Assembly (NCBI GenBank): GCA_965203275.1 | Contig: OZ241865.1 | Span: 864,001-928,000 of the forward strand | Length of the DNA stretch: 64,000 nt | Reading direction: 5' to 3' | Origin: Bdellovibrionales bacterium | GTDB taxonomy: Bacteria; Bdellovibrionota; Bdellovibrionia; Bdellovibrionales; JAUICD01 | Shown here: piece by piece, positions 9,616 to 19,127 of the stretch | Numbering within the stretch: position 1 is the stretch's first letter | Layout: every line of letters starts with the position of its first letter | Position numbers and translations under genes: made by a program | The notes under the pieces: generated by a model | Told to the model about the DNA's origin: nothing | Databases searched by the model: none | Seen by the model: the letters and a program-made list of their open reading frames with translations, nothing else

Positions 9616-12546
9616 TTAAAAATTCACTTCATTCAATGAAGTCACCACATCAAAATCAACATGAACCTTCTTAAAATGATCTCGTCCACAATCTACCTTG
9701 TGTTTTTCTTTTAGACGTAGTTCTTCTGTTGTCGTGGTGTATTTTGTCTCTCTAATAAAATAAAGCTTTTCTTCTCTTTCAGTGACAAAAGCCCAATCTG
9801 GATTATAAGGACCAAAAGGTGTGTCCACTTTAAACCAATAAGGTAGCTTAACAAAAAGTTTGACATATTCATTGTTGTCTAAGTCTCTAGCAAATTGTTC
9901 TTCTATCCTGGAATCAAAAGCAATAGAATCATAAAGAGATTTGTCTTTATGTTTGAGTTTATAAAGATTTTTCATATAGCGAGTAATTCCTTTTTGAGCA
10001 TCCTCCTCAATTCGTTTCATCTCATAAATGCCATCTTTGATCTTCTTATATTGAAGGCCTTTTGCAATCAAGCCTTGTTGAGCATCACGAATGGCACTTA
10101 AAATATTTTCCATAAAAGGATAAGGATTTTTCATAAATTCTTCTAACCTATTTGATTGATGAAGAATATCAAACAGGGTCTTACGACTGATCTTTGTCTT
10201 CTTGTGAAGATAAGCTATCATATTTGGAATGCGAGATGGACGGATTGTTTTGTATTTAAGAGAGTGATCTGTTTGAGTTGTGTTGATACCTGCTCTTGTG
10301 ATTTCAATGTTTGCCTTTGTAGAGGCTATTTTAAGAGGATCAATGGATTTGATATTTTGGATTTCTTGCACAGCATTTTTGATTAATTTTTGTGTACTGA
10401 AAGAAATATAATAAAAAGTTTTTTGATTGATTCGCTCCCAAAGCTCTCTAAAATCCTCACGCAAATAAACTTCTTTATGAAACTGCACTGTTCTTTTTTT
10501 GTGTGCATTAATAATATGCTCTCCTCTTAAAATATATTTTCTCATTTCAGTTATAATTTGATCAGAGAAAACTTCATAAACAGGCTTGATTTTTAAAACA
10601 AAGTTTTCTTGATGTGGATTAAAAATATCTTGTATTTCTCCTACCTGATTAATATATCCATGATCTTTTAAATCTTGCCATATCTTTGCTGATTGAGCTT
10701 GTCCTATAGGCAGGTCACAACCCGCTGGAATGATCTGAGAAAAAGCATGTTTTTCAATCCTGCTAAGTATAATGCCTGTTGCGTCTTCATATTCTTTTTG
10801 TAAAGCTGTGGCGTATTCTCTATAACCTTCTGAAGCAGTAACTGTCAGACGATTCCAAGTTTCGTTACCTAGATGCATTCGCCGGCCTTTTTGATTCACA
10901 GGTAATCTCAAACCTCTACCAAGCTGTTGTCTACGCTCTATTTCAGAATAAACATCTCTTAAAGTGCAAATTTGAAAGACATTAGGATTATCCCATCCTT
11001 CTTTTAATGTGCTATGACTAAAAATAAATCGTAGAGGTTCTTTAGCATCTAATAGTTGTTCTTTATCACGCATAATTAAAGTGTATGTATCTCCGTCGTC
11101 TTTGGTGTTACCCCTTGTGTCTTTGACCATGCCTTTTTTATCTTTAGAAAAATACCCACCATGAATATCTTTTGTAGCAAAAGGGATTAAACCTTTATGT
11201 TGGATAGAAATTTCATTATAGCATTCTTCAAACCACTGACCTATTGGGCCTAATTGAGTTGTGCCATCTTCATTATAAACACGATAGTCAGCGACCTTAT
11301 CAACAAAAAACAAAGATAATACTTTTATACCTTGCTTTTGAAATATAATTTCTTTTTTGAGATGTTGTTGAATGGTTTCCCTCACCATAGCCTTCATCAA
11401 ATCTTGTTGATGAGGAGAGCCACCTATAGACTGCCCTTTGATCACTTTATACCCATTGCTTAAAGTTATTTCAGAGCGAGTATCTATATCCTTTATGATA
11501 AAACCATGGCGATAAACAAAATGTTTATTGGATTTTTTGTAAAGGTCATCATGTTGCCTGACCCATATTTGTTCTTTTTTTAAACTTTTTGCAGTTTTTT
11601 TATATATTTCAAGTTTTGCTTGAATATTATGACGACCCTTACCTGGTTTGCCTTCTAAATATCTCACATACCCTGTGACATAATCTTCGTCTTTATGGAC
11701 AGAGGCGACTTCAATTTTTTTCACTAGGTTTTGTTCAAAGGCTTCAATGGGTCCCAACTTATAAAGTAGGTTGTAAGGATTTTTGTGGGTTGCACTGTAA
11801 CGCAAAGTCAAAGCAGGGTTGAGTTGCTTTATAGCTTTTTGAGATTTAGGTGTGCTATCTACACTTTGAGGTTCATCTATAATCACAATAGGATGGGTAG
11901 ATTGGATAAACTCTATAGGACGTCCACCCATTCTATCGTTATCTACATAAATAATATTTCGAAGTTTTTTTATGTTTTCAGTTTCATTACCATCGGATAT
12001 ATCTTTTTGAAAAGCTTGAATGTTCATCACCATAATAGAAATATCATGATTATTTTGAAAAGTTCTTACTTTATGTAATTGTTTGGAATCATAAAGGTCA
12101 TATTCAAAAGGCACTTGATCATATTGACTTCTAAAATGCTCTTTTGTCATTTCAATGCTTTTGATCACACCTTCTCGAATGGCCACACTAGGGACCACAA
12201 CAATAAACTTCTTAAAACCATATTGTTTATTTAGCTCAAAGATAGTTCGTAAATAAACATAAGTTTTACCTGTACCCGTTTCCATCTCTATAGAAAAATG
12301 CCTTCCTTGAAGGGTATCAACTTGAGGGATGTTGTTTCTTTCTTGAATAAGACGAGTGTTTTTTAAAAATTGGCTATCTGTAAGAAGAACATTATTAGCC
12401 AGTCCTAACCCTTGTGAGGCAAAATCTAAATTACCTTTAACATCAAAACGTTGTTGCCCAAGAGCTTTTTGCCCATTAAAAAGATCAATGACAGCCTTTA
12501 TAGCTTTTTGTTGATGTTCCAGCTGGGGATCAAAAGTCCATTGCAT
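9616..12546 (-). CDS. res: Type III restriction-modification Res subunit
   Basis: METGTGKT, IIDEPQ, LKEGWDNPNVFQIC, QQLGRGLR, YNPDWA...FIRETK. Confidence 0.93.
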   Translation of the reverse strand: MQWTFDPQLEHQQKAIKAVIDLFNGQKALGQQRFDVKGNLDFASQGLGLANNVLLTDSQFLKNTRLIQERNNIPQVDTLQGRHFSIEMETGTGKTYVYLRTIFELNKQYGFKKFIVVVPSVAIREGVIKSIEMTKEHFRSQYDQVPFEYDLYDSKQLHKVRTFQNNHDISIMVMNIQAFQKDISDGNETENIKKLRNIIYVDNDRMGGRPIEFIQSTHPIVIIDEPQSVDSTPKSQKAIKQLNPALTLRYSATHKNPYNLLYKLGPIEAFEQNLVKKIEVASVHKDEDYVTGYVRYLEGKPGKGRHNIQAKLEIYKKTAKSLKKEQIWVRQHDDLYKKSNKHFVYRHGFIIKDIDTRSEITLSNGYKVIKGQSIGGSPHQQDLMKAMVRETIQQHLKKEIIFQKQGIKVLSLFFVDKVADYRVYNEDGTTQLGPIGQWFEECYNEISIQHKGLIPFATKDIHGGYFSKDKKGMVKDTRGNTKDDGDTYTLIMRDKEQLLDAKEPLRFIFSHSTLKEGWDNPNVFQICTLRDVYSEIERRQQLGRGLRLPVNQKGRRMHLGNETWNRLTVTASEGYREYATALQKEYEDATGIILSRIEKHAFSQIIPAGCDLPIGQAQSAKIWQDLKDHGYINQVGEIQDIFNPHQENFVLKIKPVYEVFSDQIITEMRKYILRGEHIINAHKKRTVQFHKEVYLREDFRELWERINQKTFYYISFSTQKLIKNAVQEIQNIKSIDPLKIASTKANIEITRAGINTTQTDHSLKYKTIRPSRIPNMIAYLHKKTKISRKTLFDILHQSNRLEEFMKNPYPFMENILSAIRDAQQGLIAKGLQYKKIKDGIYEMKRIEEDAQKGITRYMKNLYKLKHKDKSLYDSIAFDSRIEEQFARDLDNNEYVKLFVKLPYWFKVDTPFGPYNPDWAFVTEREEKLYFIRETKYTTTTEELRLKEKHKVDCGRDHFKKVHVDFDVVTSLNEVNF

Positions 12547-12561
12547 TGTTTAAGTTTCCCT

Positions 12562-14519
12562 TTAAATAATTTCTAACTCTATATCAATATTGTGATGGTT
12601 AGCAAAGCTTTTTAAAATCAAATGAGCATTGAGCCTTAACTCGTTATCTTCTTGAAAACAAATATGATCTAAGAAAACCATTTTATAAGATTCTTTTAAA
12701 GTATAAGCTAAATCTTCAACCCATTGCCTTGAAGGTACTTTATCTAAACAAATCAAATAAGAAGCATCCTTTAATGAGTAAAGCTTTACATCTTGAAATG
12801 TTCTTTCTTTAATAGGTTCTGTAAGAGATATACCTTCTTTGATGAGAAATTCATAGAAAAAATCCCATTTAGAAGTTGAAGATCAACATAATCAATTTGT
12901 TCTCTCATCTGATCAAGTAGAAGCTGTGTATCCTGATGTGGTGTATCATCCCACTCTTTGGTATAACATGATCTATCTAACTTAAAAACCTTAAATCCTA
13001 AATCTATTTGCTTTGTGGGATGTGTTTCTTGAATCTTTTGTGTAGCACGGCGGATGCGGTCTTTAGCTATATCGGCTATATTTTTATACCCGGCTTTAAA
13101 AGCCTCTGACTTAGTAGGACAACGTTCAGGTAACTGCACACATATATATTGACGATTAAGGCCATCTTCTGCATTAAGCTCCATGGTTGCATGGGCTGTC
13201 GTCCCTGATCCTGCAAAAAAATCCATCACAATGTCATTCTTTTTAGTTCCAATGTTATTGGCTCCAATGTTATTGGTTCCAATGTTATTGGTTCCAATTT
13301 GGATTAAGTATTTCAAAAGTGTTGTAGGCTTGGTGTATTCTATAAGTTTCTGATTATTAAATAAGCTTTTTATCTCTTTAACAGCTTCAATGTTTTGTTT
13401 GACATATTCTTTTGGTAAGAGTGTTGTAGGTCTTGTCTGTCCGTCACCTAAGTAATCCTTAACAGAAATACTCCAATTTGTTTTTTGTCCATCCACTGTT
13501 TGAAAGCAACTTTGTTTTGTTTTTTTGAATATAATGAGGTTTTGGTCTTTTTTCTTGTTGAAAGTTTCTAAGGTAAACCGATACAAATACCCTGGTTTAG
13601 GAATAATGTGTGTCCCATCTGGCATTTCAATAGGGTACTTTTGATTTTCTCCTGTGCTGGCATTTTGCCAAGCAAATTGTTGCTGGCGATATTTACCTTC
13701 TTCATCTTCCTTATTATATTGATTTTGTGCTTGTAAAGACATAGGAGCATAAAACGATGATATTTGAGAAGTATCTTTCCCATAACATAAGATATATTCA
13801 TTGTTTGAATTAAAATGCTTTTGAGGTAGACCTCCTCCTGTTGAGTTATTCCATATTAGATGAGCAATAAAATTCTCTTTGCCAAAGATTTCATCACATA
13901 AACTTCTCAAATGATGCACCTCGTTATCATCTATGCTAATAAAAATCACTCCATCCTTTCTTAAAAAACTGCGAGCTATGTAAAGCCTCACATACATCAT
14001 GTTCAACCACTTAGAGTGAAACCGCCCATTGCTCTCCACATTCGTTAAAAAGCCATTGCCATTAACATCTTTCTGCCCTGTATATTTTAAATAATGATCA
14101 AGATGGTCAGAATGCTTATCAGGATAAATAAACTCTTTACCTGTGTTATAAGGTGGGTCAATATAGATCATTTTGACTTGACCTAAATAAGACCTTTGCA
14201 AAATTTTCAAAACCTCTAAGTTCTCACCCTCAATAAAAAGATTGCCTGTTGTATCCCAATTAAGAGATTCTGCTTTGCAGGGTTTAAGTATACCTTTAGC
14301 AGGAGCTTGAATGACCTTTGCACATTCTGATTTACCTGCCCAAGTCAAACCGAACTTTTCTTTCCCTTGATCGACCCACTGACCTAACACCCTCTGGAGT
14401 TGCTCAAAGTCAATTTGGTCTTCTTTAAAAACTTCTGGAAAGATGCTTTTAAGCTGTTTTTGCTTTTCTTTAGCTACATCCATTGATTTAAAAGAGGCCT
14501 TTAAGGGGCTACCTGACAT
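12562..14519 (-). CDS. mod: Type III R-M Mod methyltransferase, frameshifted near the C-terminus (~12855-12885)
   Basis: IYIDPPYNTG and DFFAGSGTT; typical tail FYEFLIKEGISLTEPI...ICLD continues in the -1 frame to 12562. Confidence 0.9.
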
Positions 14520-14600
14520 ATTTACTCCTACCGGTCAATGTTATTATAGCCTTAACACAGAGGGCTATTGCAATAAAAGAAATTCTTACACATATTATTT

Positions 14601-15488
14601 TTAGAGTGAATTTTTAGGCCTGTTTTGCATTATTTGTGAGCATATTTGAGAAGCCATTTGAGAGAGGCGAAGTGTTAAACGACTGACTTGACTGATCTGA
14701 TCCAGAGAAAAAAACTGCACTTCTTGAAAAAAGGGGTAGGACTTCCAATAACGAATGACTTGATCTTGATTGTCTATATCATTAGCAAAATTAAGAATCT
14801 TATCTGGTTTTAAATGAGCAAGCACTTCTCTTGAGACTTTTTGATATCCTTTTTGTTTAAAGACGTTGGTTCCACCACATTTTTGAATGAGTTGATCAAG
14901 GTGTGTTTGCTGACCTGCAAGTATCAAGGGATTTTGATCCACTTGAATAATAACCTTCATGTTTTTATTAGCAGTAGGTATTTTATTCCAATTATTTTGC
15001 CATTCTTGAATTATCTCGCCACCTCTTTTCTGCACAGAGAATGTCTTTGCTAAAATTTTAATATTTTGTTCAAAGTCTAAAAGAGATTGTGTATTTAAAA
15101 CAATGAGTGGAATTTTTGCTTTATGCAAAGTAGATGAAATCGTATCAACCCCTTCCTTGACAGCAATGACAATAGTCGGTTTAAGTGCTAAGACCATCTC
15201 TAAATTGGGTCTTTGGTAATCACCAATACGTTGAATCTTTTTAGCTTCTATAGGATCATCAGAGTATCTTGTTGTTCCTACAATCAAATGACCTAAACCC
15301 AGATCAAAGAGTATCTGTGTTGTAGCTGGAGATAAACTAATTATACGGTGGATTGGCTTCTGAGGTTTTTGATAGGATGCCTTTTGCTGTTGACTTGCTA
15401 AAAGGTTTACTGTTGTCGATATGGTGCATCCGCAAAAAGATATAATAAATAATGTGCTTCTAAAATGGACTTTGACATTTCTGAACAT
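14601..15488 (-). CDS. BtuF-like helical-backbone ABC substrate-binding protein (cobalamin/iron)
   Basis: RIISLSPATTQILFDLG, IVGTTRYSDDP, PNLEMVLALKP. Confidence 0.85.
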   Translation of the reverse strand: MFRNVKVHFRSTLFIISFCGCTISTTVNLLASQQQKASYQKPQKPIHRIISLSPATTQILFDLGLGHLIVGTTRYSDDPIEAKKIQRIGDYQRPNLEMVLALKPTIVIAVKEGVDTISSTLHKAKIPLIVLNTQSLLDFEQNIKILAKTFSVQKRGGEIIQEWQNNWNKIPTANKNMKVIIQVDQNPLILAGQQTHLDQLIQKCGGTNVFKQKGYQKVSREVLAHLKPDKILNFANDIDNQDQVIRYWKSYPFFQEVQFFSLDQISQVSRLTLRLSQMASQICSQIMQNRPKNSL

Positions 15489-15657
15489 TTTACACCTTTA
15501 TTCCATTAACAACCATTCAAATATTATTGGCACATCACTGTCAATGTCAGAATCAAAATACAGTGACAAGTTAAATCTTAGAGAAAAACAGAAACATGCA
15601 GGCACTCTAACGAGTTATTGTAAAATATTTGTAGTCTTATGGACAATGACAAAATAT

Positions 15658-15740
15658 TGGTGCGGGTGGAGGGATTCGAACCCCCACGCTAAAGCATTAG
15701 ATCCTAAGTCTAACGTGTCTGCCAATTTCACCACACCCGC
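15658..15740 (-). tRNA. tRNA-Leu (anticodon TAG), CCA encoded
   Basis: Reverse complement GCGGGTGTGGTGAAATTGGCAGACACG-TTAGA CTTAGGA TCTAA-...GGGGGTTCGAATCCCTCCACCCGCACCA; long variable arm. Confidence 0.95.
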
Positions 15741-15958
15741 AAACCCCGCAAAAAAATATAAACTCTTATGTCAGTATGATATATTACTTTCCAAAAATTG
15801 TCGACCTCTAAAAAAGAATTTATTCATTTAGTAAATCACAACTATAAAGATAGGTCTCTTAAATGTTTCATATCTCTTTTTTCTCTCTAAAATGACTTTA
15901 CAATGCTGGTGATTTGTTTTAAACAAGTAGCAAAACAAACATAATAGGTTCAAATACA

Positions 15959-17386
15959 ATGGCTGTAAAGACTGTTTTTATTTGTCAAAATTGTGGTTCT
16001 CAAAGGAGTAAATGGGAAGGGCGATGCACTGATTGCGGGGAATGGAATACCTTTCAAGAAGAAACCACATCTAAAACTTCTTCTAAACAACAAGAATGGG
16101 GACTTGATCAAGGTTCTGATGAGGTGATACGCTCTAGCCATATTTTAAAAAAAGCAAATATTGCTTGTTTGCCTTCTGGTTCTACAGAGCTAGATCGTAG
16201 CTTAGGTGGAGGTGTTGTCCCTGGAAGCCTTGTCCTTTTAGGAGGCGACCCGGGTATTGGCAAATCGACTCTTTTGTTGCAAATGGCAGGGCGATACAGT
16301 GCCAATCAGCAAAAGGTTCTTTATATTTCTGCCGAAGAAAGTATTCAACAATCTGCCCTCAGGGCCCAAAGGTTAGGTATCTTTGAGGAACTTTTAGAAA
16401 TTGGCAGTCAAAGCAATCTAGATCACATTATTCAACTGGTAGACAAAACAAAACCTTTTTGCCTGATCATAGATTCTATTCAAACAGTCTTCGCCCCTCA
16501 AATTCTCTCAGCTCCTGGTACAGTTTCTCAAGTCAGAGAATGTGCTGCTCGCCTGATGGCATTGGCTAAAAATAAAAACATTGCTACTTTCTTAGTAGGG
16601 CATGTGACAAAAGAAGGTGAACTAGCTGGACCTAAAGTATTAGAACATATTGTGGACACTGTGTTATCCTTTGAAGGTGATACCCATTACCAATATCGTC
16701 TTTTAAGAACCCTTAAAAATAGATTTGGTTCCACTTATGAACTGGGTGTTTTTGAGATGACTTCCTCCGGACTCAAGGATGTCCCCAATCCCTCAGAGAT
16801 GTTTTTGCAAGGCCATGTCAATTCATCTATAGGTTCTGCTGTGACAGCTTCCCTTGAAGGTTCTCGACCTGTTTTGTGTGAGGTCCAAGCTCTTTCTGTC
16901 AGGTCTTATGCCACGCTACCTCGACGTACTTGTTTGGGGGTTGACCCGAATAGATTATTTTTAATTTTAGCTGTGTTAGATAAATTTATGCGTTATGATT
17001 TTTCTAGAAAAGATGTTTTTGTCAATGTCGTTGGGGGATTAAAAATTAAAGAAACAGCTATAGACTTAAGCATTTGTGCAGCCTTGCTCTCTTCAGAGAG
17101 AAATAAAACTTTACCTTTAAAGGCCTGTTTTTTTGGAGAGCTAGGTTTAACTGGTGAAATTCGAAGTGTTCCCTTTTTGGATATTCGTTTAAAAGAAGGG
17201 CAGAAATTAGGGTTTAAAGAATTCTTTATCCCTCAATCAAGAGAGCATTCTATAAAAAATATTGCAGATGGGGTGAATGTGCATCAGATAGGGCATCTTT
17301 CTCAACTCAAGGATTTGCTTCATGTACATACACAAGATCAACTAAAAGAAAGGAGACAAAATGGCTTTAGCACTACAGCTTCCTAA
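15959..17386 (+). CDS. radA: DNA repair protein RadA/Sms
   Basis: C4 zinc finger, GGDPGIGKST, KNRFG. Confidence 0.97.
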   Translation: MAVKTVFICQNCGSQRSKWEGRCTDCGEWNTFQEETTSKTSSKQQEWGLDQGSDEVIRSSHILKKANIACLPSGSTELDRSLGGGVVPGSLVLLGGDPGIGKSTLLLQMAGRYSANQQKVLYISAEESIQQSALRAQRLGIFEELLEIGSQSNLDHIIQLVDKTKPFCLIIDSIQTVFAPQILSAPGTVSQVRECAARLMALAKNKNIATFLVGHVTKEGELAGPKVLEHIVDTVLSFEGDTHYQYRLLRTLKNRFGSTYELGVFEMTSSGLKDVPNPSEMFLQGHVNSSIGSAVTASLEGSRPVLCEVQALSVRSYATLPRRTCLGVDPNRLFLILAVLDKFMRYDFSRKDVFVNVVGGLKIKETAIDLSICAALLSSERNKTLPLKACFFGELGLTGEIRSVPFLDIRLKEGQKLGFKEFFIPQSREHSIKNIADGVNVHQIGHLSQLKDLLHVHTQDQLKERRQNGFSTTAS

Positions 17387-18206
17387 TTTTTTAACAATTC
17401 TTCGTATGCTTTTAACTCCTGTTATTATTTTTTGCTTGTATCATGGTACAGATTTTTGGAGTAATATGGCTGTGTGTTTTTTTGCTATAGCTTCTCTAAC
17501 AGATTATTTTGATGGTTTTTTAGCTAGAAAATATCAATTAAAGTCTGCTTTCGGGCAACTCTTAGATCCTGTAGCAGATAAGATTTTGGTCAATAGCGTA
17601 CTGATCATGTTGATCGGACAGTTAGATGTTTTTATTGTGATTATATTGATCATAAGAGACATTCTTGTTCAAGGTGTACGTAGCTGTGCTGCTGCGGAGA
17701 ATTTAATTATTCCAGCTATTCATACAGGCAAATGGAAAACTGTCTTTCAAATGGCAGGACTTATGACCATTATGATAAAACTACCTTTTACACTTCCTCT
17801 TTATGAAATAGGTTATGGTCTGCTGTGTGTCAGTGTGGTGTTAAGTTTGATTTCAGGTTATCAGTATTGCCATCAATATGCTCAGTTTGTTCAAAGTAGC
17901 AAGACAAAAACAAATGAAAAGCAAACAGAACTGCACAACGAAAAACAAATAAAAATATTAGAGCTTTTAAATGGTTCGCCTTTATATCAAAAAGAGATCA
18001 GTGAAAAAATAGGCTATGATAGTAGGCATAAAGATGGTTTGGCTCATACCGATTTAAAGTATTTAGAAGGGAAAAAACTCATCAAAAAACTCAAAGACAA
18101 TGAAGTCAAAGATTTAAAAGAAAAATTTGAAGGCCTTGAAAGGCGAGCTAGTAGCTTCTATAAAATCACTGACAAAGGAAAAAGCTTTTTTAACAGATCA
18201 TCTTAA
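17361..18206 (+). CDS. pgsA: CDP-diacylglycerol--glycerol-3-phosphate phosphatidyltransferase with extra C-terminal HTH-like domain
   Basis: LPNFLTILR, TDYFDGFLAR, GQLLDPVADK; ~100-aa extension. Confidence 0.88.
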   Translation: MALALQLPNFLTILRMLLTPVIIFCLYHGTDFWSNMAVCFFAIASLTDYFDGFLARKYQLKSAFGQLLDPVADKILVNSVLIMLIGQLDVFIVIILIIRDILVQGVRSCAAAENLIIPAIHTGKWKTVFQMAGLMTIMIKLPFTLPLYEIGYGLLCVSVVLSLISGYQYCHQYAQFVQSSKTKTNEKQTELHNEKQIKILELLNGSPLYQKEISEKIGYDSRHKDGLAHTDLKYLEGKKLIKKLKDNEVKDLKEKFEGLERRASSFYKITDKGKSFFNRSS

Positions 18207-18356
18207 ATTTTAACAAATATTTTTAATGGAAGCTCTTTTCCTTACCTGTAAACTTTAAAATAAGGCCAAGATATTTTTTATGATGTCTGATGCTGAAGGG
18301 TCAAAGGCCAAGGCCAAGATATTGACATAACTCCTATAAAACCTTAACTTAAATAT

Positions 18357-19127
18357 ATGCATCCTTTTTTAATCCCTCACTCATCTTTTTTGCTACCCAC
18401 TTATGTTTTTATTATGTCCATGATTTATTGTTTTAGCTTGATTTGGGCAGTTAAACGAGCTGATGATCAAAATATTTCCCGTCATCGGGTATTAGATTAC
18501 TCTCTAGCTATTATGATTTTAGGGTGTGTTGGGGCTAGATTGTTTCATGTACTCTTTGAGTATCCTGATTATTATATTGAAAATCCTTTGGATATATTTT
18601 TACTTTATCAAGGAGGATTTGTTTTTTATGGTGGTTTTTTATTTGTTCTCTTAGGATGTTTTATCATCGTCAAATATCGTAGGGATCGCTTAACGATCTG
18701 GTTGGATTTCTTTACCCCTATTGTGGCTTTGGGTTACGCTGTGGGACGACTTGGATGTTTTTTAGCAGGATGTTGTTATGGAAAATCTTCAGATCTTATA
18801 TGGTCGGTCACCTTTCCTTTAGGGGTTGAAGCTCCAGCTAATACACACCTTCATCCCACACAGCTTTATTCTTCTTTGTTGGGTTTTATGGCTTTCATAT
18901 TTGTGTTATTTGCAGAGAGAAAAAAGATTTTTCCAACAGGTGGACTTTTTTTTGGTTGGCTTTTACTCCACAGTATCAGTCGATTCATTGTGGAACCTTT
19001 TAGAGGTGATTGGAGAGGAGAGACTTTTTTATCTTTAAGTTTGTCATCTTGGGTTAGTAGCTTATTAGCTGTCACTGCTCTTTTAGCTTTGTTTTATTGT
19101 GGTAAAGCCTCATCTAAAAGTGGATAA
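18357..19127 (+). CDS. lgt: Prolipoprotein diacylglyceryl transferase
   Basis: GARLFHV, GGFVFYGG, GRLGCFLAGCCYG, HPTQLY. Confidence 0.93.
   Translation: MHPFLIPHSSFLLPTYVFIMSMIYCFSLIWAVKRADDQNISRHRVLDYSLAIMILGCVGARLFHVLFEYPDYYIENPLDIFLLYQGGFVFYGGFLFVLLGCFIIVKYRRDRLTIWLDFFTPIVALGYAVGRLGCFLAGCCYGKSSDLIWSVTFPLGVEAPANTHLHPTQLYSSLLGFMAFIFVLFAERKKIFPTGGLFFGWLLLHSISRFIVEPFRGDWRGETFLSLSLSSWVSSLLAVTALLALFYCGKASSKSG

Noticed and set aside
15490..15657. Cobalamin riboswitch upstream of the BtuF-like gene
   Set aside because: No B12-box or GGGAA core motifs recognised.
9616..15740. tRNA-Leu-anchored integrative island carrying the R-M genes
   Set aside because: No integrase and no duplicated tRNA 3' end seen in the window.
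15421..15831. 136-aa ORF
   Set aside because: Antisense to the tRNA-Leu gene and overlaps the BtuF-like gene.
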